64,000 bases of DNA, from NCBI GenBank assembly GCA_965222375.1, contig CBDCTZ010000009.1, positions 1 to 64,000 on the forward strand, in the 5' to 3' direction. This DNA comes from Polyangiaceae bacterium. Its GTDB lineage: Bacteria > Myxococcota_A > Polyangia > Polyangiales > Polyangiaceae. The notes beneath the pieces were generated by a model. It had not been told where the DNA came from, did no database searches, and saw only the letters and a program-made list of their open reading frames with translations. The number at the start of each line of letters is the position of its first letter. Positions within the stretch are counted from its first letter, which is position 1. Position numbers and translations under genes: made by a program. Shown here in pieces: positions 36,834 to 47,600 of this stretch.

Positions 36834-39130
36834 GGCGCACCCCCGAGCACGGAGATGGCTTGTCGAGGCAGCGCGGTGCGCATCACGAGCACGTGCACCC
36901 GCTCCGGATCTCCGCTCACGATGGGCTCCGGCGCTTTCAATCCCTGGGCTCGCGCTTCCGTCATGACGGGCAGCGCCCACTCCGGACAGAAGATGTAGCT
37001 TCGCTCGGCGCTGCGCTCGTCGAACTCCTGGATCTCGAGGGGCACGCCCAGCGTCTCGAACATCTCGGTGACGAATTCGACCACGGGCCCTGCCAGGTGC
37101 TTGGCGATCACCAGGGACGAAAGTTCCGTTTCCGCTTCCAGGGCGGCCTGCAACTTGGCCGAGTCGAACAAGCTCGGCGCTTCATCTCGGGAGGCGCCCT
37201 CGGGGCGACCCAAGTCCGCGAGCACCCGCTCGAATACGTCGCTGGTCGGCCGCACTTGCGCATACAAATCGCCGAGCACTTCGGACCGCGCGCGGCGCCG
37301 AAACAGCAGGTCCCCTTCTTCCACGGCCCCGGGTGCGGTCAGGGCTTGCAGCTCCGCATCGTAGCGACGCTCCAGGCGCTCGAGCCCGTTGGCTAGCGCC
37401 GTGAGGCGGTGGTGCTCCAAGTCCAGAGTGCGCTCCACCTGTTTGAGGGCGCGCAGCGCCCAGGCGCGCAGCGAGAGCTTGAGCCGGTCTTCGTAGAAGC
37501 CCAGTACACTCGGCGTCAGCGCATCCGACAAGAAGCGATCGACCGAGGCATCCAGGCCGTCGCGCTCTGCAGCCAGCGCGTCGTGGCGCTCTTGGCGGTA
37601 ACGAGAGAGCAGCCACAGGATCAGCGCAAGCGCTGGCACCAGCACGACAAAGAAGCTCCAAGGCGACTCCAAGATGGGCGCCAAGCTGCCGCTGACGGGG
37701 AGCTCGCCACTCGACGGGCTCAGAGATCCCAGTGGCACTCGGCGCTGGATCAGCGCGACGTAGATCCACTTGGGCACATGTTGCAGCAGCAGGGCGGCGA
37801 GCAGAGCAGCCAACACGCCGAAGATGGTCAGGCGAAAGGGGCGGGGTCGCCGCGTGCTCTCTTCTCGCAAGCCCCTCAGGCTACTTTCGACGCTACTGGG
37901 CTCCGGAAACGGTGAGAGTTGGCTGGCGTTGAGGGAGCGCTCCAGATTCTTGCGCTGGCGCTGGGCCACGGCCCGGGCTCGCTCGACCAGGCGCAAGGCT
38001 CGAGACCAGCCGTGGGCGTCTTTGGACTCGCTGGCGTCCACCGCGGCTAGGCTGTCTTTGGAAATATCCGTGGCGAGCTTGTGCCCGCGTTCATCGGCGA
38101 CTCGCGAAAGCTCGTCCATTTCGAGGTCGTCGAGGCGCCGGACTAGCGCGCTGACGGTGTTCTGGAGTGCGTCAAACCAGCCCCAGCCGAACTTGACGTC
38201 TCGGATCGTCTCCGGGCGATCCGAGTAGGCGATGCTGGGCACGTCGATCTTGGGCTTCTGGGTGCGCAACAGATCGATCAAGTCCGCTGCGTCCTGTCCT
38301 TGGGGCGCTCGGATCTGCGCTTCGATTTCCGCGGCGGTGGGGATCAAGCGGTCGGCGGTGGCCTGCGCTTGCTGAGCTGCGTCGCTGGGCACGCTGCGTA
38401 GCCAGGCGATCGTGTCGCGACACAGCCGTGCCATCACGTACTGCTTCGCGGAGAGCTCCAAGGTAGCGCAACCGAAAGACGCGAACACTCGTGCGTCTCG
38501 TTGCTGGTCCGGTAGCTTCTGGAAAAAGCTACGCACGGGTTCCTGCCGGCGCAGGTTGGTCGTCAGTAGCAAGAACAAGAACGAGACGACGGTGCTGACC
38601 AATTCCGATGCCGCGAGTTCGTAGCGCCGGGCTTGGGGTTCGAGCACGAGAACTCGCGCCACGGTGGAGCCCGCTTTGGCGGAGCCGCTGCCGAGGGCGA
38701 GTTGCTCGAACTGCTTGAGCGCCGTGGCTGCCGCCTCGCTGGGCTCGCCCCGTCGCGCTTCCGAAAGCACGACTACGGGAGCGAGGGTGAGTCGGCTTGC
38801 GGGGCCCCGGCCCAAGATGTGGCTGAAGCGGGCTGCCAAGGCGTTGCCGAGAGTCTGGGTCAGTTTGGGTGCGGCGGCGGCCACGCCTTCTTCGTCCAGA
38901 TCCGCGACCACGGTCAGGAACAGCGTTCGGTCTTCGGCGCCGAGGGCGCCTCGCAGTCCGAACAGGCGCGTGGCGTGGGCGATGGCTTTCGCTTCGACGC
39001 CGTCGGTGTCGTCCGCCGCGGCCGACAGCACGACGAGGCCATCCGACGCCAGGGGCTCCAGGCGAGCAGTCACCTTGGCGCCAAATGCACCAAGGCCGAC
39101 CACGAGTGTGGGACTGTCGCCGGAGGTCAA
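36830..39130 (-). CDS. Degenerate tubulin/FtsZ-like (Tubulin_2) domain protein with coiled coil and two TM segments
   Basis: LVVGLGAFGAKV N-terminal loop but no GGTGSG. FASFG motif as in the upstream paralog (YGSFG). Two hydrophobic helices. Confidence 0.65.
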   Translation of the reverse strand: MTSGDSPTLVVGLGAFGAKVTARLEPLASDGLVVLSAAADDTDGVEAKAIAHATRLFGLRGALGAEDRTLFLTVVADLDEEGVAAAAPKLTQTLGNALAARFSHILGRGPASRLTLAPVVVLSEARRGEPSEAAATALKQFEQLALGSGSAKAGSTVARVLVLEPQARRYELAASELVSTVVSFLFLLLTTNLRRQEPVRSFFQKLPDQQRDARVFASFGCATLELSAKQYVMARLCRDTIAWLRSVPSDAAQQAQATADRLIPTAAEIEAQIRAPQGQDAADLIDLLRTQKPKIDVPSIAYSDRPETIRDVKFGWGWFDALQNTVSALVRRLDDLEMDELSRVADERGHKLATDISKDSLAAVDASESKDAHGWSRALRLVERARAVAQRQRKNLERSLNASQLSPFPEPSSVESSLRGLREESTRRPRPFRLTIFGVLAALLAALLLQHVPKWIYVALIQRRVPLGSLSPSSGELPVSGSLAPILESPWSFFVVLVPALALILWLLSRYRQERHDALAAERDGLDASVDRFLSDALTPSVLGFYEDRLKLSLRAWALRALKQVERTLDLEHHRLTALANGLERLERRYDAELQALTAPGAVEEGDLLFRRRARSEVLGDLYAQVRPTSDVFERVLADLGRPEGASRDEAPSLFDSAKLQAALEAETELSSLVIAKHLAGPVVEFVTEMFETLGVPLEIQEFDERSAERSYIFCPEWALPVMTEARAQGLKAPEPIVSGDPERVHVLVMRTALPRQAISVLGGAP

Positions 39131-39134
39131 GGTC

Positions 39135-42100
39135 TCACATCTTCGCGAGCAAGGCCTCTAGGGCTTGGGTTGCGGCCGCAAGCTCCTGTTCCACGAAGGC
39201 GTGCTCCTTGCCTTCGAGTTGCAGTCGGAGCTTTTTCAGATGTTCAGAGTGGGCAGTCACGACAGCCGTGGCGCCGTCGCGGTCCCGGTTGTCGATGAAC
39301 TCCGTGTTCTTGCGGTTGATCTCTTCGATGAACCACTCGCGGATCGCCAACTTGGCTTCGCGAAAGCCTTCGAAAGCTACATCACGAAACTTACCCAACA
39401 CGCGGTCGCGCTCCGGAATGTCTTCGTTGGAGTAGACGATCTCGCCGCTGTCTTTCTGCACCACGAGGCCGTGCACTTGAGCCCAGACGTAGTGAACTAG
39501 CTCCTCTGCGGAGCGTGCCGTGTGCACCCGGGTGCGCTTGTCGAGCCAAGCCTTTCGGCCGTCCCCGGCGACGACGGCCTTGGGCGCTACGTCGGCGAGG
39601 CATTCATGCTCGTCGGGCGCCGCTTCCCAGCGCTTGTCGATGTGCAAGGGGATGTCCGGCACCCGCCGGCCCTCGCAGTGTTCCGCGTGAGCGGCGGCAT
39701 GCTTCGGCTGCAGCGGCAAGTCCGCCCAACGGTACACCTTGCCCCGGGATAGCTCGTCCCGCTTCACGTGGTGGTGGCGATCGTAATAATCGTCCATGGA
39801 CTCGATGCGATACAGAGGCATGCCGAGTTCGCTCCAATAGAAGGTCACTCGCTTGGCGTCGTCACTGCGCAAGACGTCGCCGCCCTTGACTGGAAAGCGC
39901 TCGTTTTCGAGCAGCCAATGTTTGAGCTTCGGATCGTCCAGATAGGTCGGGTTCAGGGAGACGTAGCGCTTGGGCTCGATGGCCGTGGCGTGTTCTTCGC
40001 GCCGCAAGCGCAAGAAGGGCGCGCACTTCTTCGCCGCGTAGTGGATCTTGTGCTGGATGTAGTCGTCGATCTGATCCGGTTTGATGTTCTCTATGGCCAG
40101 ATCCCACTCCTGCTGATGCTCGCGAAAGTGCAGCGTTAGAGGATCAGCGTGATGCTTGCGCAGCTTGGCCCAGCCCAAGGCGAGCTGAGCTTCCTCGGTC
40201 AGGGCGGAGCGCACCTCCAGACCCATTTCGTCCAGCCCCCGGGGCTCGTCGTGGCCCACGATGCGCTGCCGCCAGAGCTGGTGTCCCATCTCGACCAGAG
40301 ACTCGCTGACCGCCGCGCTCATATGCCGGGCATGCTCCACGGAAGCGTAGGCGCTTTGCACCGCGGGGAAGATCTTCGCCGGATCGTAGTCCGTCGACGT
40401 GTTTTCTCGGCGCTCGAAGACCCAGTTCCACATGCGCAGACCCTTGGGGTCTTCGAAGTTCTGGTACAGCTCGACGTCCAAGACGTGATCGTTGGACAGG
40501 CCGCCTTCGTCGCGACGGACGCCATAGCGGATCAGTTCGTCGCAGGTGGCGTTGAGCTTGTCGCGGATGGTGAACAGCTCAGAAAACAGCGTGCCCAGGC
40601 GGGTCTTTCGGTCTTCGATGGCCCGAAGCAGGTCCTCGCACAAGTCGACCATGCCAGCGCTGCTCAGCTTCTCGACCTGGGGCGCCTCCATGTTGGTGCG
40701 GTACCAGCCCATGAATTCGGGCACGACTTCTTGGCCGTAGTCGTTGCCGCGGACATATTCGATGACGGTCTTCGGCGCTGCGTCCGATAGCCGCTCAGCC
40801 CAGGTCATGTAGGTGTTTTTCAGGGGCTTGAGCAAATCGCTGGCGGTGGTCTCCCGTGCCCGGGCCGCCGCCTGGTATTGGCGCAAGGCCGCGGAGACTC
40901 GGATCAGGAAGAGCCGCTCGAAGATGGGTCCGCGATCGCCGAGCACCTTGGCGAAGCTGTGCTCGTGGTCCGAGCCGTTCACCTCCTTGGAGATGAAGGC
41001 GGCTTCCTGGTCGATCTTGACGCGAGCGCCTTCCGCCGCCTTGGTCCACTGCTCCAAGCGTTTCGGCAGTTCGATGCGAACGCTTTCGGGATCCTCGTCG
41101 AACTCGAGCAGCTTCTCTTCGTTCCAACGGGGCAAGTGAACATGGCCCTGAATGCGGGGCGCGAACTCCGTCTCGAAATAGCGTAGAAAGCGATCCACGG
41201 CGCCTTGCTCTTCGGAGCCGCCGTCGCAACCCTCCACGATGCGCCCGTAGAAGGCGCCCGTGTCACCCGGCAGGTTCGCCTGCTCCAACACGTGTCGCAC
41301 GAAGTCCTGCTCGCGGCGTTCGCGATCCGCGTGGCTTTCCGATTCCGGCGGTGGCTCCGCAGGGAGCGCAAAGGTGCGCGTCAGGGCCTCGACGGCGTAG
41401 CGGTTGGCGCAATAGCCCAAGATGTCGTCGTCGGGCACGGTGAGCACGCTCAGACCGAAGCTGCCGTAACGCTTGGTGTACATCTGGTGGTCCGTGACGC
41501 CCATTTCCCGTTCATCGTTGTCGGCGGTGGACGACTGACGGCCCAAGATGTCGCTGAAGATTTGGGAGTACGCGCTGTCGGCAATGGCCTGATACACCTT
41601 GCGGGTATCGGTGATCACCTCTCGGCCCGCGCCGATGTCATCGACCAGGTAGACCTGGTCGAAGGCGCGCCGACTGACTTCTTGCCGGTCTTTTGCCCGG
41701 GGATCGTACTGGAATTCGACCTTGTCGGAGTCGGAGGCGGACTGCATGTGCTCCAGCTCCATCAGCGCCGCGTAGCCATTGGCCATGATCTTGTCGAGCT
41801 GCTGGTTGGGCAGACCCGCGCGCCGAAACACCGCTGGCAGCACGTAGGTGCCCACGGTGATGGGACGCGCGTGCTCGCGAAAGAGGTCGTGGATGATGTA
41901 GGCGAGGGGCAGGAAGGCGCCGCTGCCGGTACCACCCGCCAGGCTGGCGTAGATGTGCACCATGGGAGCTTTGTCGCCATCTCGAAAGCGCGTGTCGATG
42001 GCGAAGCTCCGTCCGACGGCGTGCTCCAATGCGGTAAACACTTCGGGCTTGAACTTCAGAGTGAAGTGCAGGCTCAGCCGCGACTCGATTCGGATCTGGC

Positions 42101-42431
42101 CGGCGCCGGCACCGGCGACGTCCCGGGGCAGGTAGTACTCGGGCCACCAGGCCGTGAGGAGCGGATCCTCGGGTGCACCGCGCTGACCGAAGGCGTGGGC
42201 GACGTAGGCTCGTTTGTCGAAACTCGAGATGGGCACGCGCACGTCGACGCTTTCTGCCTGCTTGAGCTCGTGTTGGTCCGTGTCGAAGGCAAAGAAGTGC
42301 ACGAGGTCGCGGTAGCGCGTGTACTCGTCCGTCCGTCGCTTGAGCTTGCGCGCAATTTCGTTGACGATCTTGCTGCCACAGCCGCCGAGGCCCACGAAGA
42401 CGTGGGGCGGGATCTTCATCCGCTGAATCAT
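39135..42431 (-). CDS. Tubulin/FtsZ-like GTPase (Tubulin_2/FtsZl1 type) with long helical C-terminus
   Basis: VFVGLGGCGSKIV, AFDTD, GAGQIR, ASLAGGTGSG, ANGYAALMEL. Confidence 0.9.
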   Translation of the reverse strand: MIQRMKIPPHVFVGLGGCGSKIVNEIARKLKRRTDEYTRYRDLVHFFAFDTDQHELKQAESVDVRVPISSFDKRAYVAHAFGQRGAPEDPLLTAWWPEYYLPRDVAGAGAGQIRIESRLSLHFTLKFKPEVFTALEHAVGRSFAIDTRFRDGDKAPMVHIYASLAGGTGSGAFLPLAYIIHDLFREHARPITVGTYVLPAVFRRAGLPNQQLDKIMANGYAALMELEHMQSASDSDKVEFQYDPRAKDRQEVSRRAFDQVYLVDDIGAGREVITDTRKVYQAIADSAYSQIFSDILGRQSSTADNDEREMGVTDHQMYTKRYGSFGLSVLTVPDDDILGYCANRYAVEALTRTFALPAEPPPESESHADRERREQDFVRHVLEQANLPGDTGAFYGRIVEGCDGGSEEQGAVDRFLRYFETEFAPRIQGHVHLPRWNEEKLLEFDEDPESVRIELPKRLEQWTKAAEGARVKIDQEAAFISKEVNGSDHEHSFAKVLGDRGPIFERLFLIRVSAALRQYQAAARARETTASDLLKPLKNTYMTWAERLSDAAPKTVIEYVRGNDYGQEVVPEFMGWYRTNMEAPQVEKLSSAGMVDLCEDLLRAIEDRKTRLGTLFSELFTIRDKLNATCDELIRYGVRRDEGGLSNDHVLDVELYQNFEDPKGLRMWNWVFERRENTSTDYDPAKIFPAVQSAYASVEHARHMSAAVSESLVEMGHQLWRQRIVGHDEPRGLDEMGLEVRSALTEEAQLALGWAKLRKHHADPLTLHFREHQQEWDLAIENIKPDQIDDYIQHKIHYAAKKCAPFLRLRREEHATAIEPKRYVSLNPTYLDDPKLKHWLLENERFPVKGGDVLRSDDAKRVTFYWSELGMPLYRIESMDDYYDRHHHVKRDELSRGKVYRWADLPLQPKHAAAHAEHCEGRRVPDIPLHIDKRWEAAPDEHECLADVAPKAVVAGDGRKAWLDKRTRVHTARSAEELVHYVWAQVHGLVVQKDSGEIVYSNEDIPERDRVLGKFRDVAFEGFREAKLAIREWFIEEINRKNTEFIDNRDRDGATAVVTAHSEHLKKLRLQLEGKEHAFVEQELAAATQALEALLAKM

Positions 42432-42556
42432 CGGTTCCCCTTGGAATCTGAAGTGTCGCGGCGAGCATATCCCGCGTCGCCGCTGCGCAACACGCACCCT
42501 CGACCTGGGCGATGAATTTCGGAAAAACTTGCCGATCTTTCGGGGAAAAACCGAGT

Positions 42557-44665
42557 CTAGCTCCGGGTGAGCCACACCTCGTAGCGATCGCCCAGGCGAT
42601 AGCGCTCATCCCATACGCCCTTTTGGGGGCGGCGGGACGCGGGCGAATCCGGTTGGGAAACCCGCGCCACCTCGGTACCGCCCTCGGGGACAACCTCGAA
42701 GCTTCGCCCCTGAGCGACGAAGGTGACCAGCTTCTTTGCCTTTTTGCCGAGGGGAAACGAGAAGCGCGCGCTGCGGTACGCACCGCTCTTGGCGTGACGC
42801 TTGATCAGGGAGTCGTTGTCGAAGGGCGAGTCCAGTTCCACATAGCGGATCCGAGCCTTGGGCGGAAACTTGGATGCCACGGCTCGACCGACCAGCCAAA
42901 GCACGAGCCAGAGAATGAATAGCCCGATGGCGAGCTTGCCCCAATGCTCTTCCAACCATCGCTTCAAGGTCCACGAGCGCAATGTGGCGTCGACAGGTCC
43001 CGCGAAGGATGGGTCGCCGGACAGCAGGGGTCGGGTCGCTTCATCGGCCGTTGCGACCAACTGCCCGCCGTAGCGCTTGTCTTCCCAGCGCAGCGCCTCG
43101 GGGTCGGCGAAGCTGACTTTGAGCTCGGTCTCCCGCTTGTCGGGACCAAAGGTCACCTGCGCTGGTTCGAAGCGTAGGTCCGAGCGCGTGAGGGGGTCGG
43201 TGGCTGAAAGCTGTAGCGTGATGGGCACGGGCAAGCGCGCGGGTGACTTCACCTTCAGCTTGACCGCCGTGAGCTGCCCGGGTTCGGCCATGCTGTCGAA
43301 GCTGACCTTGTCGACCTCGACCTCTAGAGGAATGCGGTGAACGACTCGAAACTCGTGTTTGACTGGGTCGACCGCCAGAAAGCCCTCGTCGTGTTTCGCG
43401 GAGGCTTGCAGGGTGTAGGGTGCGTCCCGCGGGGGCAATGCGGGAAAGTCGAAGCCCTGGTCGCCTGCCGCATCCGCCCGGAGGCTCTTCTTCTTCCCCT
43501 CCACCGACACCGTGAAAGTGACCTTGTTCAGGTAGCTGGCCGGCCAGACAATGGGTTTGCCGTGTCGGCTTCTGAGCGCCACGCGGCCACGCACGGGGGC
43601 TCCGTCGGCAATGCTCTTGGCCAGCTTCTCGATGCGCAGGGCGGTCCCCACATCGTAGAGCGCCCAAACCCGAAGTGGCGCCGCGCCAGTGGTCCTCGAG
43701 AAGGAGTAGCGCCCGGGCTTGGGCTTGTCGACTTGATAGACCGCGTAGCCGCGACGCTTGCGTCCCCTCTCCACGCGGAACTCGGGACCACGCACTGCTG
43801 GCGCGGCCTTGCCAAACGGAAACGCAGCGCCGCCACTATCCGTGAACTTCACGGGCAGCTCGCCGCTGTCCGTGCGCACGATCAGATGCAGGTGTTTCGT
43901 GTCCGGAGGCACCTGGAAGTTGACGGCTTTGGCGGCCGGCGGCTTTTGCACCGGCGAGCCAACCAGTGCGGCGAACACGTCCGTGAACAATTCGGGTACG
44001 CGATCGGCGCTGCCCGCGACGAGAAGGCGCCCCCCAGTGCTCTGCGCCACGCTGGCCAGTAGTCGCCGGGAGCGCTCGGCCTTTTGAAACCCACGGCCCA
44101 GACCCACCACGAACACCTTGGCGCCGCGGCGTGACAGGTCGCCTGCCGCGCGAGTCACTCGTTCGGAGTAGCCCTGACGGTCCGCATCGCTCATACGCTT
44201 GTTCTCGAAGCGTGAGTCCGGCGTGCAGCGGTCTTCGCCCGCGGGCGCCGGGTGGTATTCCCCGTCGGTCAGAAACACGACCAGGCGCCGTTCCCCCGCG
44301 GGCCGTTTGCCCTGAAACGCCTTGGCGGCTGCGGTCAGACCACGGGCGTAGTCGGTGCAGGACTCCGTGGGCGCCAAGGCGTCGAGGGCCGTCATGAACT
44401 TCGCCCGCTCTTTGCCCGAGGCGGTCACGAGTTTTCGTCCCGTGGTCCCGAAGGACACCAGGGTCACTTCGTCGCGTTCGTCCGCCAGATCCGTGACCAG
44501 CCGGGCCGCGAGCCGCGCCAGCAGATCCGGGTCGTTTTGTTTCATGCTGGCGGACGCATCCAGCACCACGGCGACCCGCAGGCGAACCGGTGCCGCGACG
44601 GAAGGAAGCGCCCACAGCGTCGCCGCGAGCACTGCCGCGAAGATGTAGATGCTGCCGCGCGTCAC
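42557..44665 (-). CDS. Secreted/membrane von Willebrand factor A domain protein
   Basis: Signal peptide, MIDAS motif VVLDASASM, VVFLTDG, C-terminal TM helix. Confidence 0.88.
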   Translation of the reverse strand: MTRGSIYIFAAVLAATLWALPSVAAPVRLRVAVVLDASASMKQNDPDLLARLAARLVTDLADERDEVTLVSFGTTGRKLVTASGKERAKFMTALDALAPTESCTDYARGLTAAAKAFQGKRPAGERRLVVFLTDGEYHPAPAGEDRCTPDSRFENKRMSDADRQGYSERVTRAAGDLSRRGAKVFVVGLGRGFQKAERSRRLLASVAQSTGGRLLVAGSADRVPELFTDVFAALVGSPVQKPPAAKAVNFQVPPDTKHLHLIVRTDSGELPVKFTDSGGAAFPFGKAAPAVRGPEFRVERGRKRRGYAVYQVDKPKPGRYSFSRTTGAAPLRVWALYDVGTALRIEKLAKSIADGAPVRGRVALRSRHGKPIVWPASYLNKVTFTVSVEGKKKSLRADAAGDQGFDFPALPPRDAPYTLQASAKHDEGFLAVDPVKHEFRVVHRIPLEVEVDKVSFDSMAEPGQLTAVKLKVKSPARLPVPITLQLSATDPLTRSDLRFEPAQVTFGPDKRETELKVSFADPEALRWEDKRYGGQLVATADEATRPLLSGDPSFAGPVDATLRSWTLKRWLEEHWGKLAIGLFILWLVLWLVGRAVASKFPPKARIRYVELDSPFDNDSLIKRHAKSGAYRSARFSFPLGKKAKKLVTFVAQGRSFEVVPEGGTEVARVSQPDSPASRRPQKGVWDERYRLGDRYEVWLTRS

Positions 44666-44688
44666 GGCTCCGCAGCTTAGCGGATTTC

Positions 44689-47600
44689 CTAGGAGCGCTC
44701 GGACAAAGTCCGGCGGCGCCGCCGCAGCAGGAGCAGAGCGCCCAAGGAGAGCCACAGCGCGGAAGGTCGCTGTTTGCCACCCGGCACTTCGCAGCCACAG
44801 CCGCCGTGGGCGGATAGGCCGCTCGCGCCGCTGGAGCCGCCGGTCACGGCGACATTTGCCTCCAAGCTGTTGTTCGTCGTATCGGCCTCGCAAGGTTTGG
44901 CGTCCTCCGCCACGGCCTTGAGCGTGACGCTGGAGGCCGAGCCACTGGCTTCGATGCCGACGTGCACCTCCGCGCCAGCGCCGGCCAATAGCGTTCCCAG
45001 CTCGCAGCCGACGGAGCTGCCGCTGATGCTGCAGCTACCCTGGCTCGAGGACTGGGAGACGATCTTGGCACTCTTCGCACTGCCGGTCACCATGACGTTG
45101 TCCACGTCGGCGTTGCCCTCGTTGAAGACTTGGAACTTCCACAGGGTGGGCTCCCCGGCTGCGACGGACTCCAAGGGGGTTTCCTTGACGACCAAGTCGC
45201 CGGTGCCCGACAGCGAATCGCTCAGTTTCACGACCTCGAAACGCTCCCCCGCCACGTTCTGGTGGTGCAGCAGCAGCAAGTCCGGTACCGAGCCGCTGCT
45301 CCGTGCCGCGTCGCTGACCTGGACCTGCACTTCGTCGGCCGAGAAAATGGGGCGGCCTTCATCGCCGAAGCGCGCCGTGTCCAGCTCGGGCTCTTCGGGA
45401 TTGAAGGTGATCCACTCGGTCTGATCCGCCTGAGTGGAAAAGTCGAAGGCTTCGGTGACCACTGCGTAGGCGAAACTGGCAGCCCCCGGCGACAGGTCGA
45501 TGTCGGGCAAGTCCACAGGCAAGATCAGTACACTGTTGTGATAGGGATCCGTCGCCGCGGTCTCTACGCTGACCATATTCAAGAAGCGCTTGCCCACGGG
45601 CTGTGAAGTACTGGCGCGGTAGGTGCTGGCCGCCAGCACGTCGGCGTAGGGCCCCTGGGCGGTCAGAGGCTCGGTTCGCACCACGAAGTCGGCCTTGTTG
45701 TCGAAGTTCGTGTCGATGGCCACGTTGATCAACGACAGCGCGCCCCGGGCGGCGGTGGTCCACTCGCCGGCTACGGCGACGGCAATGAACGCGGACGTGT
45801 CCTCGAAGTCGTCGGCCGTGCTGACATCGCTGCCGTGGCCAACGGCCAGGATGTCGATCATGGCCTGTTCGGGATCCGTGTCGCTGGTGGGCATCTTGGG
45901 GCTCGTCGCGCCGAGCTGGAATGCCGTCACCAGGGGCTTCGGATGAGAACTCGTGCCTTCGATGGGGATCGTCACCACGCCCGGGCTGGTCTCGGCACAT
46001 TCGGCAAGTGCCCCGGCCTTGCGACGCGCGGCCGCACGCACGACGCCGTGGAATGGCACCACGGCCGTTTCCGTAGCGGTTGCGAGCTTCACCCAGCCAT
46101 CCGCTTCCGTCAGGTAGTGGCGCGGTTGTTCGAACTGCTGCGCGGGAGTGGCGGGGCCCGCGGCGGGGGCGCCGAGGGCGTCGGGATCCAGGCTCAGGCT
46201 GAGGGTGGCCTTCTCGCTCTGGCCGGCAGCAATCGTCAGCTCGGCCGGGGCAATCGCCAGCGTGACGCCGGGCAGGGAACGCAGACTGTCGACGGAGAGT
46301 TTCACCGTGATCGGTTGTGCGCCGTGATTGGTGACCGATAGCGAGCGGTCCCGGGAAACCTTTTCGTCGCTGATCAACGCGCCGAAGGAAAGGGCGACAC
46401 TGGCCGAGTCTTCATCCGACAGCGCCGTGAAGCTGGCGTCCACCGCTCGCTCCAACGCGACCCGCCCCGCTCCAGCGATGCTGGGTGGGTAGGGGTTGAG
46501 GGTGCCGTCCAAGACGGGCTCCGTGGAGTTCATCAGCGCGGCTTTCACTGCCGACGGCGCCCAAGCGGGTTGGGCTTGGCGCAGCACCGCGGCTGCGCCC
46601 GCGACCACCGGCGAGGCCATGCTCGTGCCCTGAGAGCGCCGCGCGAGAGTTCCCGAACCCACTCGGGCCGAATCGATGGCGAAGCCCGGCGCTGAGATTT
46701 CCGGTTTCAGAATGCCGTCGATGGCGCTCGGCCCGCGGGAGGAGAAGGACGCGATGATCTCGCTGCCGGCTCCGCCGAATTTCACTGCTGGGTCCAGCGT
46801 GACGCTGACACCGGCACTGAGCTGAGCCTTGATCTTGGTACCGTCCACTTTCCGGATCATCACGCCAGGTATCGAGACGCTGCCGGGATCCCCGCCGCCC
46901 ATGGCGAAGGGCAACGTGTCGTCTTCGTTGTCAACGATGATGGCCGCCACGGCGCCAGCCTTGATCGCGTTGCCGAACTTTTGCACGAAGGTGCATTGGC
47001 CTCGATCGACGATGGCGACTTTGCCGTTGACCGCGCTTGCGTTGCTCCAGTTTTGGCATCCGTTGGCGGGCACGCTGGCGACGACGCTGCCGCTGATCGC
47101 GCCCGAGTCGTTCAGGGGAGTGGTGAAGCCACCCTCGGCGGCGGCGTACTCTCCAGCGATTGTACTCGGCGAGGTGACCTGCAAGGCCACGAGATCGGCA
47201 TCTACGCTGGCAGCGACGCTCAGGGCGTCGGGATAGGCACTCGGCGTGCCGGCGGCCCAAAAGGTCTGTCCGTCGTTGCCTGCCGCAACCACCAACAAGC
47301 TGCCAGCTTTGGTCAGATTGCGAACTAGCCCTCCACCAATGGTCGCCCCGACGGCGTAGGCCGTGCCCAAAGATGCGTTGACCACGTCCAAGCGGTCAGA
47401 GAGGTTACCGTCTTGATTGGGGTCGACGGCCCGCTCGAGCGCGGCCGCCAGCTGGGTCGTTCCGCCCTGGCAGCCGAAGATCTTCAGGGCATACAGCTTC
47501 GCCTCGGGCGCAACACCTGGTGCCACCCGGAAGATGCTCGGATCGAAGGTCTGAGAATAGGGACCCGTGAAGGTCGCGCCGCCCTTGAGCACGCCCGCGC

